Source: Eledone cirrhosa (lineage: Eukaryota). From it: 64,000 bases of DNA. Of this stretch, positions 14,427 through 28,700 are shown piece by piece. The translations under genes and the position numbers were made by a program. Positions within the stretch are counted from its first letter, which is position 1, and each line of letters starts with the position of its first letter. The stretch is taken from contig OZ024748.1 in the NCBI GenBank assembly GCA_964016885.1, forward strand, positions 34,162,001 through 34,226,000, written 5' to 3'. The notes beneath the pieces were generated by a model. It saw only the letters and a list, made by a program, of their open reading frames with translations. It did no database searches and was not told where the DNA came from.

Positions 14427-14492
14427 TATATATATAGAGAGAGAGAGAGAGCGATAAATATACACGGGTGTGTATGATTGTGTATAGAAAAT

Positions 14493-17400
14493 TATATTAA
14501 TAAAAGGAATTCCAACTTTGTCTGATTTATTCGTTTTATTTACAATCCTTTAAAATTTATAATGGTATTAGAATGAAATAGTATGGTAGAATATTACATT
14601 TTAAGTGTTAATTGAACAAGTACTTTCATGCTTTCGCAATCTTCAGGTTCACATTCTGTAGTGACAGTCAAATTTGCAATTTTCAACTGTAATGAGATGT
14701 GTAAATTTTGTACCTTATATACAGTGAAAAGTGGCTACAGAATGCTAAATCTTGCAAACTCTATTTCGACCAATCGGTGTGTAGTTTCACTGGATTACTA
14801 AAGCTGATTGGTTTAGGCGTCACGGTTGGTTGAGCATGTCTAACGAATACTAATTGACCCTATCCAAAGCATCAATTGTTTTGCTATTTTTAGAAATGAT
14901 GAAAATAGCATTTTCTAGTAATCATCACCATGAACATCACTTTTATTATTATTGTTGTTGTTGTTGATGGTGGTCGTAGTCATAGTCATAGTAGGATTAA
15001 TACCCCATTATTATTGCTCATTTAGCTTGGGTTGGAATTTATCAATAAAATTCTTTTCTTTGATTTTTCTCTTGATTTCACTTGGGCTGTGTAATTTGTA
15101 GAATGGGAATATTATAAATATTCACTGACCACATGTTACTAGATGGTTACTCAGGGGTATCTGACGGACATTTGGGTCTCTGATTTGCTGTCGGTGTACC
15201 CGTGCACGTTCCGATAGTGCATTTCCAGTTTGACCGACATATAGTTCTTCACAATTCGGGCATTTAATGCAGTAAATTAGATTTCTGCTTTTGCAGTTCA
15301 TATTTGCATTTGGGAATATTTTTCCAGTTTTTGTTTTCATATATTGACCGGCGTTTATGGATTGACATGTGCCACATCGACTATCATTGCATTTAGATAC
15401 AGTGAATGATTGGTCTTTGTTGTTAAGGTCAAATTTTGCTTTTGTTAGTAATTGCTTCAAATTTTTCGGCTGTCTTTTACTAAGAGTCAAAGATCGATCT
15501 GTGATTAAGCCTTTTAATTCATTACTTTGAGCAATGATTGGTAGGTTTGCTTTAGCAGTGTTGAAGATATTCTGGTGACATGGGTTGTGTGTCATTATAA
15601 ATGGTATGACCAGTTCTTGGTTTCTTCTTCCTTGGGTTGTCCTAAGTTGTTGTATAGGTATTTTTATAGCCCGCTGTATGCCATTTTCTATAAGTAGAGA
15701 TGGGTATTTTTGTTTGAGCAAAAATTCTCTTAGTTCTGTTAGGCGTTTGTTCCTGGTATTCGTATCTTCTACAATGGTACAAATTCTTCTGGCTAGGCAG
15801 TATGGGATGTTGCGTTTTGTATGAGGTGGATGGCACGACTTAAAATTCAGATATTGATGGGTGTCTGTGTGTTTATAATATATATCCGTGATAATGGTGG
15901 TGTCATTTTTGATGACCATTATATCTAGGAATGGTAATTTGTGAATTGGAAAGATGGGTGTAGGTTATTCAGGAGGATATTGAACTCATCCAGAGTATCT
16001 AGAGATTCTGTCCAGATGATGAAATAGTCGTCAAGGTATTCCAAGATTTTTCAATGTACTTTCTAAAGTCAGTACTATTTTTTTCCTCTATTTCTTGGTA
16101 GAGTTGTTGTTCTAAGTATCCCATTACAGAGTTCGTGTAAACGGGAGCAAACTTCGTTCCTATCGCTGTGCCTCTAATTTGGATGTAATTCTTTCCATTG
16201 AAAAATAAAGTGTTGTTTTCCAGAATAAGTTTGACTGCGTCTAATATAAATGGCGCTGTGAATCTGATGGGAATCACTTCTCTATGTTTTTCCACCCAGT
16301 ATTTAACCGCCCTTATTCCTAAATCATGTGTAATGTTGGTGTAAAGGCTTACCACATCAAAACTAAGTAGAAGTGAATTCGTTTCCATGGTTTTGGGAAG
16401 ATGGGACAGGAAGTCGATATCATCCCGGATGAAACTGGGTATGTGAATACATAGTGGTTTCAAAATAATGTCAACAAAATTGCTTAGACGGTGGGTGGGC
16501 ATGTTGGACCAGCTATAATGGGTCTAAGTTTTAAGTCTTTTGGGTGTAGTAATTTAATGTACTCACTGTTTTGTTCTTTTACTGCCAGTTGTATTTCTTT
16601 TGACTTATGAACTTTCGGTAGGCCATACAGGTTGCTGGGTTTTGGCTCAAAATTGGTGATGTAGTCTCTTTCCTTATCCGTAAGTGAGTTGTGGTATTTT
16701 GAAGCCAGGTTGTTGATCTTCTTCATGATGTTGTGGTCTATATTTGACGGTATTTCATGATAGAATGTTGTGTCTTTCAGTTGTTCCTCAACCAAATCTT
16801 TGTAGTATTCAGCATCCATTATAACAACTGCACCCCCGTTCTCTGCTTGTTTAATTATTATTATTTTATCATTTTGTATACGTTTAAGTGCAGACATTTC
16901 TAATTTGTTAATGTTTGGCCTAACATTAGTATTACGTCTAAGGGGAAATTTAGACAGGATGTCAATGTATTGGTCGAGATAGATATGTCTTCCTTTTGGC
17001 GGAGTGAAATTTGATTTATTCTTTACTAGTGATTCATCACTCTCATTACTTTTATCAGCGAAGAACAATTTGACCTTAACAACAAAGACCAATCATTCAC
17101 TGTATCTAAATGCAATGATAGTCGATGTGCCACATGTCAATCCATACACGCCGGTCAATATATGAAAACAAAAACTGGAAAAATATTCCCAAATGCAAAT
17201 ATGAACTGCAAAAGCAGAAATCTAATTTACTGCATTAAATGCCCGAATTGTGAAGAACTATATGTCGGTCAAACTGGAAATGCACTATCGGAACAAGCAC
17301 GGGTGCACCGACAGAAAATCAGAGACCAAAATGTCCGTCAGATACCCCTGAGTAACCATCTAGCAACATGTGGTCAGTGAATATTTATAATATTCCCATT

Positions 17401-17986
17401 CTACAAATTACACAGCCCAAGTGAAATCAAGAGAAAAATCAAAGAAAAGAATTTTATTGATAAATTCGAACCCAAGCTAAATGAACAATAATAATAGGGT
17501 ATTAATCCTACTATGACTATGACTACGACCACTAACAACAACAACAACAATAATAATAAAAGTGATGTTGATGGTGATGATTACTAGAAAATACTATTTT
17601 CATCATTTCTAAAAATAGCAAAACAATTGATGCTTTGGATAGGGTCAATTAGTATTCGTTAGACATGCTCAACCAACCGTGACGCCTAAACCAATCAGCT
17701 TTAGTAATCCAGTGAAACTACACACCGATTGGTCGAAATAGAGTTTGCAAGATTTAGCATTCTGTAGCCACTTTTCACTGTATATAAGGTACAAAATTTA
17801 CACATCTCATTACAGTTGAAAATTGCAAACTTGACTGTCACTACAGAATGTGAACCTGAAGATTGCGAAAGCATGAAAGTACTTAAAATGTAATATTCTA
17901 CCATACTATTTCATTCTAATACCATTATAAATTTTAAAGGATTGTAAATAAAACGAGTAAATCAGATAAAGTTGGAATTCCTTTTA

Positions 17987-17993
<7 letters not shown>
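14493..17993 (-). mobile_element. Neptune-like Penelope element with ~930 bp inverted 3' duplication (inverted pLTR)
   Basis: Minus-strand ORFs: LYGLPKVHK..LRPIIAG, SFDVVSLYTNI, GTAIGTKFAP, LPFLD, YYKHTDTHQYL, CNDSRCGTC, NLIYCIKC..LYVGQT..ERARVH. 17067-17993 (+) is the reverse complement of 14493-15435. Confidence 0.92.
14613..14651 (-). ncRNA. Minimal type I hammerhead in pLTR (family F)
   Basis: tgaac-CTGAAGA-t tgc gaaa gca t-GAAA-gtac-TT-gttca, with palindromic stem III. The + copy at 17851 lost stem I' by a deletion between actt repeats. Confidence 0.8.
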
Positions 17994-18052
<59 letters not shown>

Positions 18053-18411
18053 TATATATATATTTTTTTTTATAGAATTATTTCTGCCTTTGTCACTCTA
18101 AGTAAAGCTTTAAAGAATTAGCTTTTAAAGAATTCCCCTTTCTTTAAACCCATCAACCATGACTGACCCCCACCCATGTTGTAGACACCTGAAATATAAG
18201 CATTGTTAGCTTAAGAGAAACTTAAAAATAGGAGTGGCACTCCAATTTGAACTTGTTTATAGAATTATTCTGCCTTTGTCACTCTAAATATAAATTATAG
18301 CTTTAAAGAATTAGCTTTTAATGAATTCCCTTTTCTATCAACCAATGACCTCCACCCATCCCACTCCCCACCAGAAAACATATAAATACCACCATATTTA
18401 CTTGGACAGTC

Positions 18412-18462
18412 AGATTCCTGATGATTTCTCACGAATGAAACAGTTCTAGTCCTGTAGAATCT
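18412..18462 (+). ncRNA. Type I hammerhead ribozyme (family C), inside pLTR unit 18070-18548
   Basis: agattc-CTGATGA-t ttc tcac gaa t-GAAA-cag ttctagtc ctg-TA-gaatct; predicted GUA cleavage after 18456. Confidence 0.8.
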
Positions 18463-18547
18463 CTTCTATATTAAAACTTTTATACTCTGCTATGTATTGA
18501 GTACCTTACTTACTATGGTTACCTCCGATCCAACCCGGAATAACTTA

Positions 18548-18703
<156 letters not shown>

Positions 18704-19102
18704 GTGTTAATGGGTGCGTGCATGTATATATCCATATACATACAGAGATATGTGTATATATGTCATTGTGTATGTGAAGATTTGTTTATATAGTTATACA
18801 TACATGCACACACACTCATAAAAGAATGTCCACATACATAAATTCCTATATATTTGCAATTTATGTCTTCAATATGATGGGAAATAAAGTTTAGACACGT
18901 TGAAGATACACCTGTACACACACATACGGACTCATATGTGTATTGAACATAGACCTGTACATACAGACAGAGACACATATGTGTGTTGAACATACACCTG
19001 TACACACACATACGGACACATATGTGCGCGTATATTCGTACACAATATATATATTTATCCTTATCGAGGCCTCTTTGGATTTTAGTCTTCAAATTTATTA
19101 TT

Positions 19103-19172
<70 letters not shown>

Positions 19173-19180
<8 letters not shown>

Positions 19181-19822
19181 CAAAAGATGGTTAAAAGAGT
19201 TCCATGTATTTTATTATACGCATTTCAAAAACAAATATCATCATGGGATGATATTTGCGTTCTCATCAGATAAAATAGGGAGACATGATATGAAGCTTAA
19301 AAAACACTTTCGAGCAGTGAAGTGTTAAATCAACATATGAAAAATAAAATAAGATGGATATATGAGATTGGAAAAAAGGAAAGGAAGGGGGGAAGGAAAA
19401 GGTATGAAGAGGAAGAAAGAATATAGATAGAAAAAAATATAATAATAAGGAAAGGATTCTTTCTTCCTCTTCCTTACCTTTTCCTTCCCCCCTTCCTTTC
19501 CTTTTTTCCAATCTCATATATCCATCTTATTTTATTTTTCATATATTGATTTAACACTTCACTGTTCGAAAGTGTTTTTTAAGCTTCATATCATGTCTCC
19601 CTATTTTATCTGATGAGAACGCAAGTATCATCCCATGATGATATTTGTTTTTGAAATATGCATAATAAAATACACGGAACTCTTTTAACCATCTTTTGAT
19701 TTTATATTATTTATACTCCAGTCCTATAAACTGTTGAGTGTTACTTATCCGATATTTGAATTGCTTTATTGTGCTACAATAAAACTCACCCCCTACATAT
19801 ATATATATATATATATATGTAC

Positions 19823-19913
<91 letters not shown>

Positions 19914-20324
19914 GGAGGTGAGTTTTATTGTAGTACAATAAAGCAATGCAGATATCGGATAAGAAGCACTCTACAGTTTGTAGGACTGGAGTATACATAA
20001 TATAAGATCAAAAGATGGTTAAAGGAGTTCCATGTATTTTATTATGCGCATTTCAAAAACAAACATCATCATGCAATAATATTTGTGTTGTCATCAGATA
20101 AAACAGGAGAACATGATATGAAGGCTAAAAAACACTTGTGGATAGTGCAGTTTTAAATCAACATATGTTGATTTAAAACTGCACTATCCACAAGTGTTTT
20201 TTAGCCTTCATATCATGTTCTCCTGTTTTATCTGATGACAACACAAATATTATTGCATGATGATGTTTGTTTTTGAAATGCGCATAATAAAATACGTGGA
20301 ACTCCTTTAACCATCTTTTGATCT

Positions 20325-20330
<6 letters not shown>
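19173..20330. mobile_element. Two fold-back pLTR elements (family G) facing a central (TA)n, with four hammerheads
   Basis: Arms ~19173-19430/19513-19705 and ~19995-20165/20166-20330; extended tails 19710-19797 and 19910-19996 point into the (TA)n. Confidence 0.85.
19602..19672 (+). ncRNA. Type I hammerhead (family G; also 19207-19277 -, 20035-20105 -, 20224-20294 +, 62843-62912 +)
   Basis: tattttat-CTGATGA-long stem II (caa[a/g]tatcatc ccat gatgatatttg)-GAAA-tatgca/tgcgca-TA-ataaaata. Confidence 0.8.
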
Positions 20331-20392
<62 letters not shown>

Positions 20393-20991
20393 GTACATCT
20401 AGATAGATATATAGATACATATATATATATGAATGAATGGAGATATTTTTCTGAGAGATTGAAAAATAGAAAAAGAATAGCAGAATATACCGTGACTATT
20501 GAACATGGTACAAACATATACACATACCGGCATGCGTGTGTGTATGTGTGTGTGTGTGTGTGTGTGTGATCATATAGATGGTAATCAGGTGACTGCTCAG
20601 GATATATGACTCACTCTTAACGAGGAAGGACCTGTATTTGAACTCCCTCTATCAACACTATCCATATGAGGAATTCATATGGATAGTGTTATAATAATAT
20701 AACATACCAAACCAAGCAAACTGTAACTGTACTCAATGCTAGCCAGCTATAGAGCTTAGATGACATTATTAGCTGACCCCGTATATGTACTTCCTATTAT
20801 AGTGAGAACAGATACAGATTGATCCATTTTATTCAAAATGAAATTTCTAATAAAGAATAGCGAACAAAGAACCATAACTCATCTTTCCAGACGTTAACAC
20901 TGTATTCGATAGCCAGGTTTTTTTAAACTTTTAATATAAATGTTCATAATCGTACAGAGAATATCAAAATATATGTCTACAACCCTTCCGG

Positions 20992-21187
<196 letters not shown>

Positions 21188-21461
21188 ATATAGAGTGTTT
21201 GTGTGTATGTGTATGTATAAACATATAGATATATAAGTATGCATATTTTATGTATTTACACGCACACACACACACACACATATGTATATATATATATATT
21301 AGTATTCCGTATTTTATCTTTGATCTTATTTTCCTCCCCAATGTGTGCTAGCAATATTTCAGGTGTCTATTGTTTACATCTGAACCAATGCACTAACAGG
21401 ATTTTATATACGAAAAACAATAGTAACAACAACAACAATGATAATATTAACGATGATGATA

Positions 21462-21640
21462 ATAATTGTTTCTACTTTTGGCACAAGGTCTGCAATTATT
21501 CCAGTGTATTACTGGTACTTTATTTTATCGACCCCGTAAGGATGAAAGGCAAAGTTAACCTCGGCTGGACTTGAACTCAGACCATAAAGGGCCGTAACTC
21601 TTTGCTGCAAAGCATTGCGTCCAACCCTCTACCCAATCCG
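21462..21640 (-). mobile_element. tRNA-derived SINE, diverged copy
   Basis: Reverse complement matches 31791-31977 (ctgagttcaa..ctttgcctttcatccttacggggtcgataaaataaagtaccagt). Confidence 0.8.
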
Positions 21641-21761
21641 ATGATGATGATGAAAATCGAGAGATAAAACTGCGATAAAAGTACGGCAGACTGAATAACC
21701 ATCTGGATATGCATCTGTATATATATATATACTCATACGCGCGCACATACACACACGCACA

Positions 21762-21824
<63 letters not shown>

Positions 21825-21965
21825 CATATATATATATGCACACACACACTCATATATATATACACACATATATATACATGTAAAAAAATGTAGAAACTAA
21901 ACAGAAATAACAAAACAAAAGACACAGTAATTAAATATATTAGTTTAATGCTTGAAAGAAAGAAA

Positions 21966-22000
21966 ATTAACGTTTCAGACACTAGTCCTTCATCAGATGA
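21966..22000 (-). ncRNA. Minimal hammerhead motif (family H), weak stem I
   Basis: CTGATGA-aggactagtgtct-GAAACGTT; better copy at 57920-57955. Confidence 0.5.
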
Positions 22001-22401
22001 TAAAATTAGAACTAAAAGATAAAATAGAAAGATAATGAGTGAGAAGAGGAATGAAGAAAAAGAGGAATGAAGAAAACGGAAAAAAATGAAACGAAATTTC
22101 ATTTCTCACTCATAGTACGGCTGTTACTTAAATATAAGTATGTATACGTACATACATATATGTATACAGACGTACAGTAGTATGTGTATATATATACATA
22201 CATGCACACACATATATACTTATATTTAAGTAACAGCCGTACTAAGAGTGAGAAATGAAATTTCGTTTCATTTTTTCCGCTTATCATTTTCGGTACTCCG
22301 GCCGATTAACTCACTAGATATGCAAATTAGGCTGCTCAGCCGTTAATATGCATAAGGAAAGTATATACTTTCAAACGTTCAACCATCTGGCAGGAAGGTA
22401 T

Positions 22402-22444
22402 ACGTTGCTGACGATAGCTAATAAGCTTGAAACTAGTACAGCGT
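22402..22444 (+). ncRNA. Minimal type I hammerhead (family I) in rearranged pLTR 22080-22640
   Basis: acgttg-CTGACGA-t agct aata agct t-GAAA-ctag-TA-cagcgt, with palindromic stem III. Confidence 0.8.
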
Positions 22445-23827
22445 TCCTTTGTCAGTGTTGAACAAATGAGCAACGATGGTTGCTAGACACTACGGCTTAA
22501 TTCGGGATGTTTGTTTACAAACACACCGAGCATTATAATAAATGTTCGGTGAATCCATACGTACATATATATATGTGTGCATGTATGTATATATATATAT
22601 ATATATATATACTACTGTACGTCTGTATACATATATGTATGTACGTATACATACTTATGTTCTTATATATTTGATATATATTTATCCTTATCCAGCCCTC
22701 TTTGGATTTTTGTCTTCAAATTTATTATTATTACTATATATATATATATATATGAATTGAAGGACACACACACACACACGCACACACACAGACACTATTT
22801 TATATATATTCACACATATATAAATATACATGAATATATTACATATATACATGTGTGTGTGTGTGTGAATATGTAAATGAATATATGAATCTATATATAT
22901 TGAAAAAATCCTTGCTCATTATAGAGAAAACTTTTCTCTTTCCAGTTTTGACTTCAGTACAGCGTGTATATAAGTGTGAAAAAGTATAAATCGTGTTGAG
23001 TTGTGAAACAAAATAAAAAAGTAGTATAACAACAAACGAAAACCACCTCCCCAGGAAAAAGACAAAAAACAAAGAAAGAAACGAAATATATTGTTTAGCT
23101 TGTTTATAAGGAATTGAATCGCAGGAAACGGATTCTATAAACACTGCCTACAGAATAAATAAATAAAAACTTCAGAAGTGTGAAGATTTGTTGAGATTCT
23201 TCGATATCTCATCCTTATTTATCGATTATGAAAACCAATAGAGCAACGAAATAACGAAATAAGAAAGGACTACTATTATTTCTTCAAAAATATCTTATAT
23301 TTTGTAGAGAATTGATGGAATATATATTGTAAAATATAAAAATAAATATTAAAGACTTCGCAGAATTTTTTTTTCTGCTTCGCCCATTTTTTATTCTTGC
23401 AGCAGTCCAACCATGATTTCCTTTGAATCCACCTCTTCAGGTGTCCAAGAGTGCAATGGTGGTAGCACTATTTTCCTGGTGATTTGCTAGTTTAAGAATC
23501 AATACGGCCAATAACAACGCCCTCAATTTTTTTTTTATCGTAAATGAAATTCAAATGGGATAATAGCCCGCGCAATGAAAATGGAAGATTTTGATTGGTT
23601 GATGTGTAAACATATTTGGATGAGGGAAAATATGTCTAGTAGTCGCAACAGGGAAACGTATATACGAGTCGCGAGAACTTTAAAAAGGACTAGGGTGCTG
23701 TTTTTTCTCTTCTAACCAAATCAGTAAAAAGACAATAACTCCATAACTCATCCAATGAAGCTAACATTAAGATGACATGGTGGGGTTTTGAAATATTCAA
23801 CAGATATTTTTAATAAGCGTCGAACAA

Positions 23828-24290
23828 TTACGAATGACGCTCACTGTTGTGATTAATGCTCATAAAGTCGTGTATCCGATTTCTGCTATTCCATGATTTG
23901 CTCCTGTATAGTGGGAAAATCATATTCTCATCATTCTCCATAATGGTTCTGAATTTAGCAATGACTCCTCTGTTCACCTTGATTCTGTCTCTTTGGTTGT
24001 AACCAGAGAACTGCATACGGAGTATGAAGTGTTGTATGTGTTTCTTTAACTCTGTGGGATCGCACATTTCCGTCACTTTTACCAGGTCCGCTACCAAGAT
24101 ATTGAACTTAGCTCTATCTGAGATAGCTGAGCTCCGGTGGATCGGGTACTTGGGAGCCATGGGTTTGATATTGTGTAAATGAAGAATTTGGACTTTATCA
24201 TTCATAGTTTCCATCTGTATGAAACATGGGTAGTCTACTGCCTGCTTATTATACAGTTTGTCAGGTTGTTTGACAGGTCTTCAAAATGGC
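23828..24290 (-). pseudogene. Fragment of a PLE-type RT thumb from a lineage distinct from the other PLEs here
   Basis: KPMAPKYPIHRSSAIS..KFNILV..MQFSGY..PLYRSKSW resembles the PLE thumb pattern (KP...H..SA...K...SGY). Confidence 0.5.
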
Positions 24291-24318
24291 TTCTTTCCAC
24301 CTTCTTATTTATTTATCT

Positions 24319-24395
<77 letters not shown>

Positions 24396-24470
24396 AATAT
24401 ATATATGTGTGTGTGTATGTGTGTGTATATGTCAATGAGTAGTCAAAACTACGCACATATATATATATAC

Positions 24471-24576
<106 letters not shown>

Positions 24577-24629
24577 CATACTGTATAGTTTTGACTACTA
24601 TAAGCCCCTATTCCGGATAAAATTGGAAT

Positions 24630-24702
24630 CAGCATGTGTGGGAATCGAACCCACACCTTTTATTGTCCGGATAAGTGTGCTAGCCGATTACACCAACTTA
24701 CT
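24630..24702 (-). pseudogene. tRNA-like cloverleaf (tRNA pseudogene or SINE head)
   Basis: A box TGGTGTAATCGG, B box GGTTCGATTCC, T stem gtggg/cccac, D stem gtgt/gcac, acceptor stem with one mismatch; anticodon loop ccggaca lacks U33. Confidence 0.6.
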
Positions 24703-24726
24703 TTCAAAATTTTCAGTAGCGAGAGA

Positions 24727-24837
<111 letters not shown>

Positions 24838-25329
24838 AACATTGGGCGTTTCTTGCCTTTAAAAATAAGTAGAATAAAAGCCAATAACACATTTTTCATC
24901 AATAAAACGGCAAAACAAAGCCATCTAATCAGTTGTAAAATAGAAAATACATTACTGTGTTTTCCATCACTTCTTTTTTATCAAACAGAAAAAAATTTGC
25001 GTAAGACATCACATGGAAACAATGTATTTCTTAAGATGTCAAAAGGATCGCCCACCCTCTACAACCACCATCAGCACCATCACCACAACCATCATTACCA
25101 CTTCACCATCCTAGCACCACCATTATTATCTCGCCCTACTCCACAATCTTCTGCTATCGTTGTTGTTGTTGGGTAGCTATTAATTGTTATTTTATGAACC
25201 TATTGTTATTTGATGCATGTGCTCTGTAGTCTATTGATGATACAGGCATTTTTCAAATTAACTTGAGCCCATGTTGAATGATACAAGCCCATGTTGAATG
25301 ATACATTGGCCCTTGTAGCCAATAAATGA

Positions 25330-25692
25330 AACCGACCAGGACTGCATCAGCACTATTCCCGACGTAATAGACCTCGGGAATGGCTCTCAACTTCCCATAT
25401 CTGTTGCAGGAAGGCACCCAAAATGCTTCAACTGTGGGTCAAAGTCTCACCTCAGGGCTTTCTGCCCACAGAAAATAACAAAGGCCAAGATCACCCTCCT
25501 TCCGACGCCGGAACCGCTGCCATCAGAAACAGAGCAGTCAGCGAAAAAGTCGGGAGCTTCTATAGAGAATAGAAAGACAACGTCCGTGACACCCACACCA
25601 AAGCCACGGACAACAAAAACAGCGATGGCAGCTGCAGCAACAAAATCAGTTGCACTAGCTGCACCTGTGCCAGGAGCGGCAAGCCAGGCTCC

Positions 25693-25724
<32 letters not shown>

Positions 25725-28700
25725 AGACAAATGAGAGGGTAGAACTCATACGCCTCCCTGACCTCTCACAGTCGGACATGGAGTATGAGGCGGCTGAGGA
25801 GTGGAAAACGGTTGTTAACAAAAAAAAACAAAAAAAAAAACAACAAAAAAAATAACAAAAAAACGGAAAAACACCCAGCTCCTCCCTCCAAAAGCGAAGG
25901 CAAAGAAGGAAGAATAAAGACTGCAAGGAGACTTGCAGCAACACCACCACCATCACCACCACAAGAATCACCACCAACAACAACCACACCACCACCAGCA
26001 TCACCAAAAACACCAACATCACACACAACAAACCACACATACCCAACAGCAACAAGAAAACAGCAACAAAACCACCCTCACCCCCCAAAAAAAGTACACA
26101 ACCATAAACATTCCATACCAAGGACTAATGGAACACATAAAACACCACACCGATATTTCAGACGTAAGTTACCACACACCACCAACACCAAAAACATTAC
26201 CAAAAACATTAACAATTAATTGTAGAAATTGAACTCGAAAACAACAAACAATTAAAACAAAAAATCCCCAACGCATTTGAGGATTTCAGGGGGTCACTCT
26301 CCAAAAGAATATACAAAGATATCGTCTTGGCGACACCCATGACCAGCCAAAGGGACATTCTACTGTCCCTTCCCCACCCGATCAAAGTAAGCGATCCTTT
26401 CTCACTTGACCCGTTCCTCATCCAACATGGCCGTACTTCGAATAGGCAGCATAAATGCACGTGGCCTGGGGTCATCTTGGAAGCAGAGTCACCTGCTCAA
26501 TGACCTCAGGTCAATAAACATAGATGTGGTGGCCATCAGCGAGACCAGAATCTCCGAAGGACGAGCCTTCGCACCGATCTTCGGCGGCTGCGATGTATAC
26601 GCATCTCCCAGCCGTCCAGGATAGGGGGGGGGGGGGATTGCCGTGCTTTTTCGGAGAGGCTTGGATCTCGCCATACGGGCCATCTTCCTGGACCCAGAAC
26701 GTAAGTCTGTGGTGCTGGACGTGACCGACAGCGAAGGCAATGCTTTCAGGCTAGTAGCCGCCTACGCTCCAATAGGTGCGGGGCGGCCAGATTTCTTCAG
26801 ACGTCTAGAGACCTTTCTTGGAACGTCCCGCTTTTTAGTGTTAGTGGGCGACTGGAACGGTATCTTAGATGCACGCTGGGATTATGTGGGGCTAGTAGAC
26901 AGGGCAGGAGGGTGTAGAAGCCTCAACAACCTGCTCAGACATTTTGAACAGTCTGATAAGTATAGACTGGATTATCCGAATATGCCAATGTGGACATGGG
27001 CATCGGGTCATCCAGATCGTATTTAGATAGGGTATTCTGTAGGGAAACAGATAAGGCTAGTGTAGGTTGTCCACAATTTAAAGTAGTCGACTACACGGAC
27101 CACAATTTTGTGATCTGTGAAGTTGACTTAGATAAACTCCATAGGCAAGGACCCGGCTACTGGAAGCTGAACGCATCGTTCCCGGCGTGCAAAGCTTACA
27201 GAGACCGGATTAGCGAATTAGTTAAGAGTGCGTTGACGAGTGTGATCGTCAACAACAGGTGGTGATTTACCCTGAAAAGGGCTATTAGAGTAGAATCGAT
27301 AAGGTTTAGCAAAGGAGTAGTGATAGAGGAAAATAGAGTAGAGGGAGAGTTAGTTAGAAAGCTAGAAGAGGCGTTTAGGACAGGCATCGCAACCGACGTG
27401 CTTGCGGCGAGATTGAAACTTGACCAATTCTTCAACGCAAAGCATGAAGGCTGGGTTGTCAGAGCCAGACACGAGGTGTCGAAAGCCGTTTAGTGGTCCC
27501 GGGTGGTGGAGGCACGACGTGGCAACAAGTCCACAATTCGTTCTTTGCCTGATCAAAACGGAGGAATGTTGCGCGAAACCGAGCAGATTTGTGCGGCTTT
27601 TCAGCAGTACTTTCCTCAATTGTTCGGGTGCGGCGGCGGGCCGGGTCAGAGTATAGGCTTCGGTGCATACCTCGACGGATTGCCGCGGCTCTCGACGACC
27701 GCAATGCAGTGCTGTGAAAAGCCGATAACAGCAGGTGAAATACGGGAAGCGATGTCTGACTGCACGAGGGGTAAATCGCCAGGTTTGGATGGTCTACGAG
27801 CTTTATGTGTATATGCCAGACATGATCGGCGACCTCTTGGCAGATGTCTACTGCAACTGGCAGCAGAACGGGAGCATTCCAGGTTTTGTGAGCCGGGGTG
27901 CGGTGGCGCTGCTGACAAAAAGACCCGAATAAGGGGGACGTTAAAGACAACTTCAGGCCCATAATTCTGCTAAACACAAGAGTTCAAGATTTTGGCCAAG
28001 GTGTTAGCAAAGAGATTGGCGCTTGTCGTCGGTGATCTAGTGGGAGAGGCGCAGACATGCGCCATTCCGGACAGATCCATCCACCACAACCTCCATCTCA
28101 TGCGATACATCATAGAGAGGGTGGTTAAGAAACCTGGCACGGGTGGGGCCTTGATCAACTTCGATCAATCTAAAGCATTTGATAGAGTCGACCATCGGTA
28201 CCTGGCTGCGGTCCTCGAGGCGGCCGGCTTCGGGCCCGTTTTAGGGGCTTGATCGCTGCGATGCACCACGATATCTGCTCGATTGTGTGGGTGAATGGTC
28301 ACCTGTCGCAGCCTTTCAGCATCATGCGCTCGGGCCGCGAGGGTTGCCCCTCTCATACCTCTTCTACGTACTGGCCTTCAAGCTGTTACTGCACGAATTG
28401 GAGACGACGAGGGGGGTTCCACGCGAACTGGGATGCGGGAAATCCGTGTCAGCTTACGCCGACGACGTCACCGTGGTGGTGTCGAACACCAAACACGTCC
28501 AGATGCTCGGCACCGCTCTCAAGGAATACGAAGCGGTGACAGGAGCAAAGATAAACCAGGAAAAGTCGGTGGGCTTGCAACTCGGCATCTGGAGAGGCAA
28601 GTCCATGCCGTCCGACAGCGTCGTGGGGCGCTGCACGGAAGGACCGGTTAAATTTCTCGGGGTCTGGTACGGTCCGGACCTGCAGATGGAGAAAAACTGG

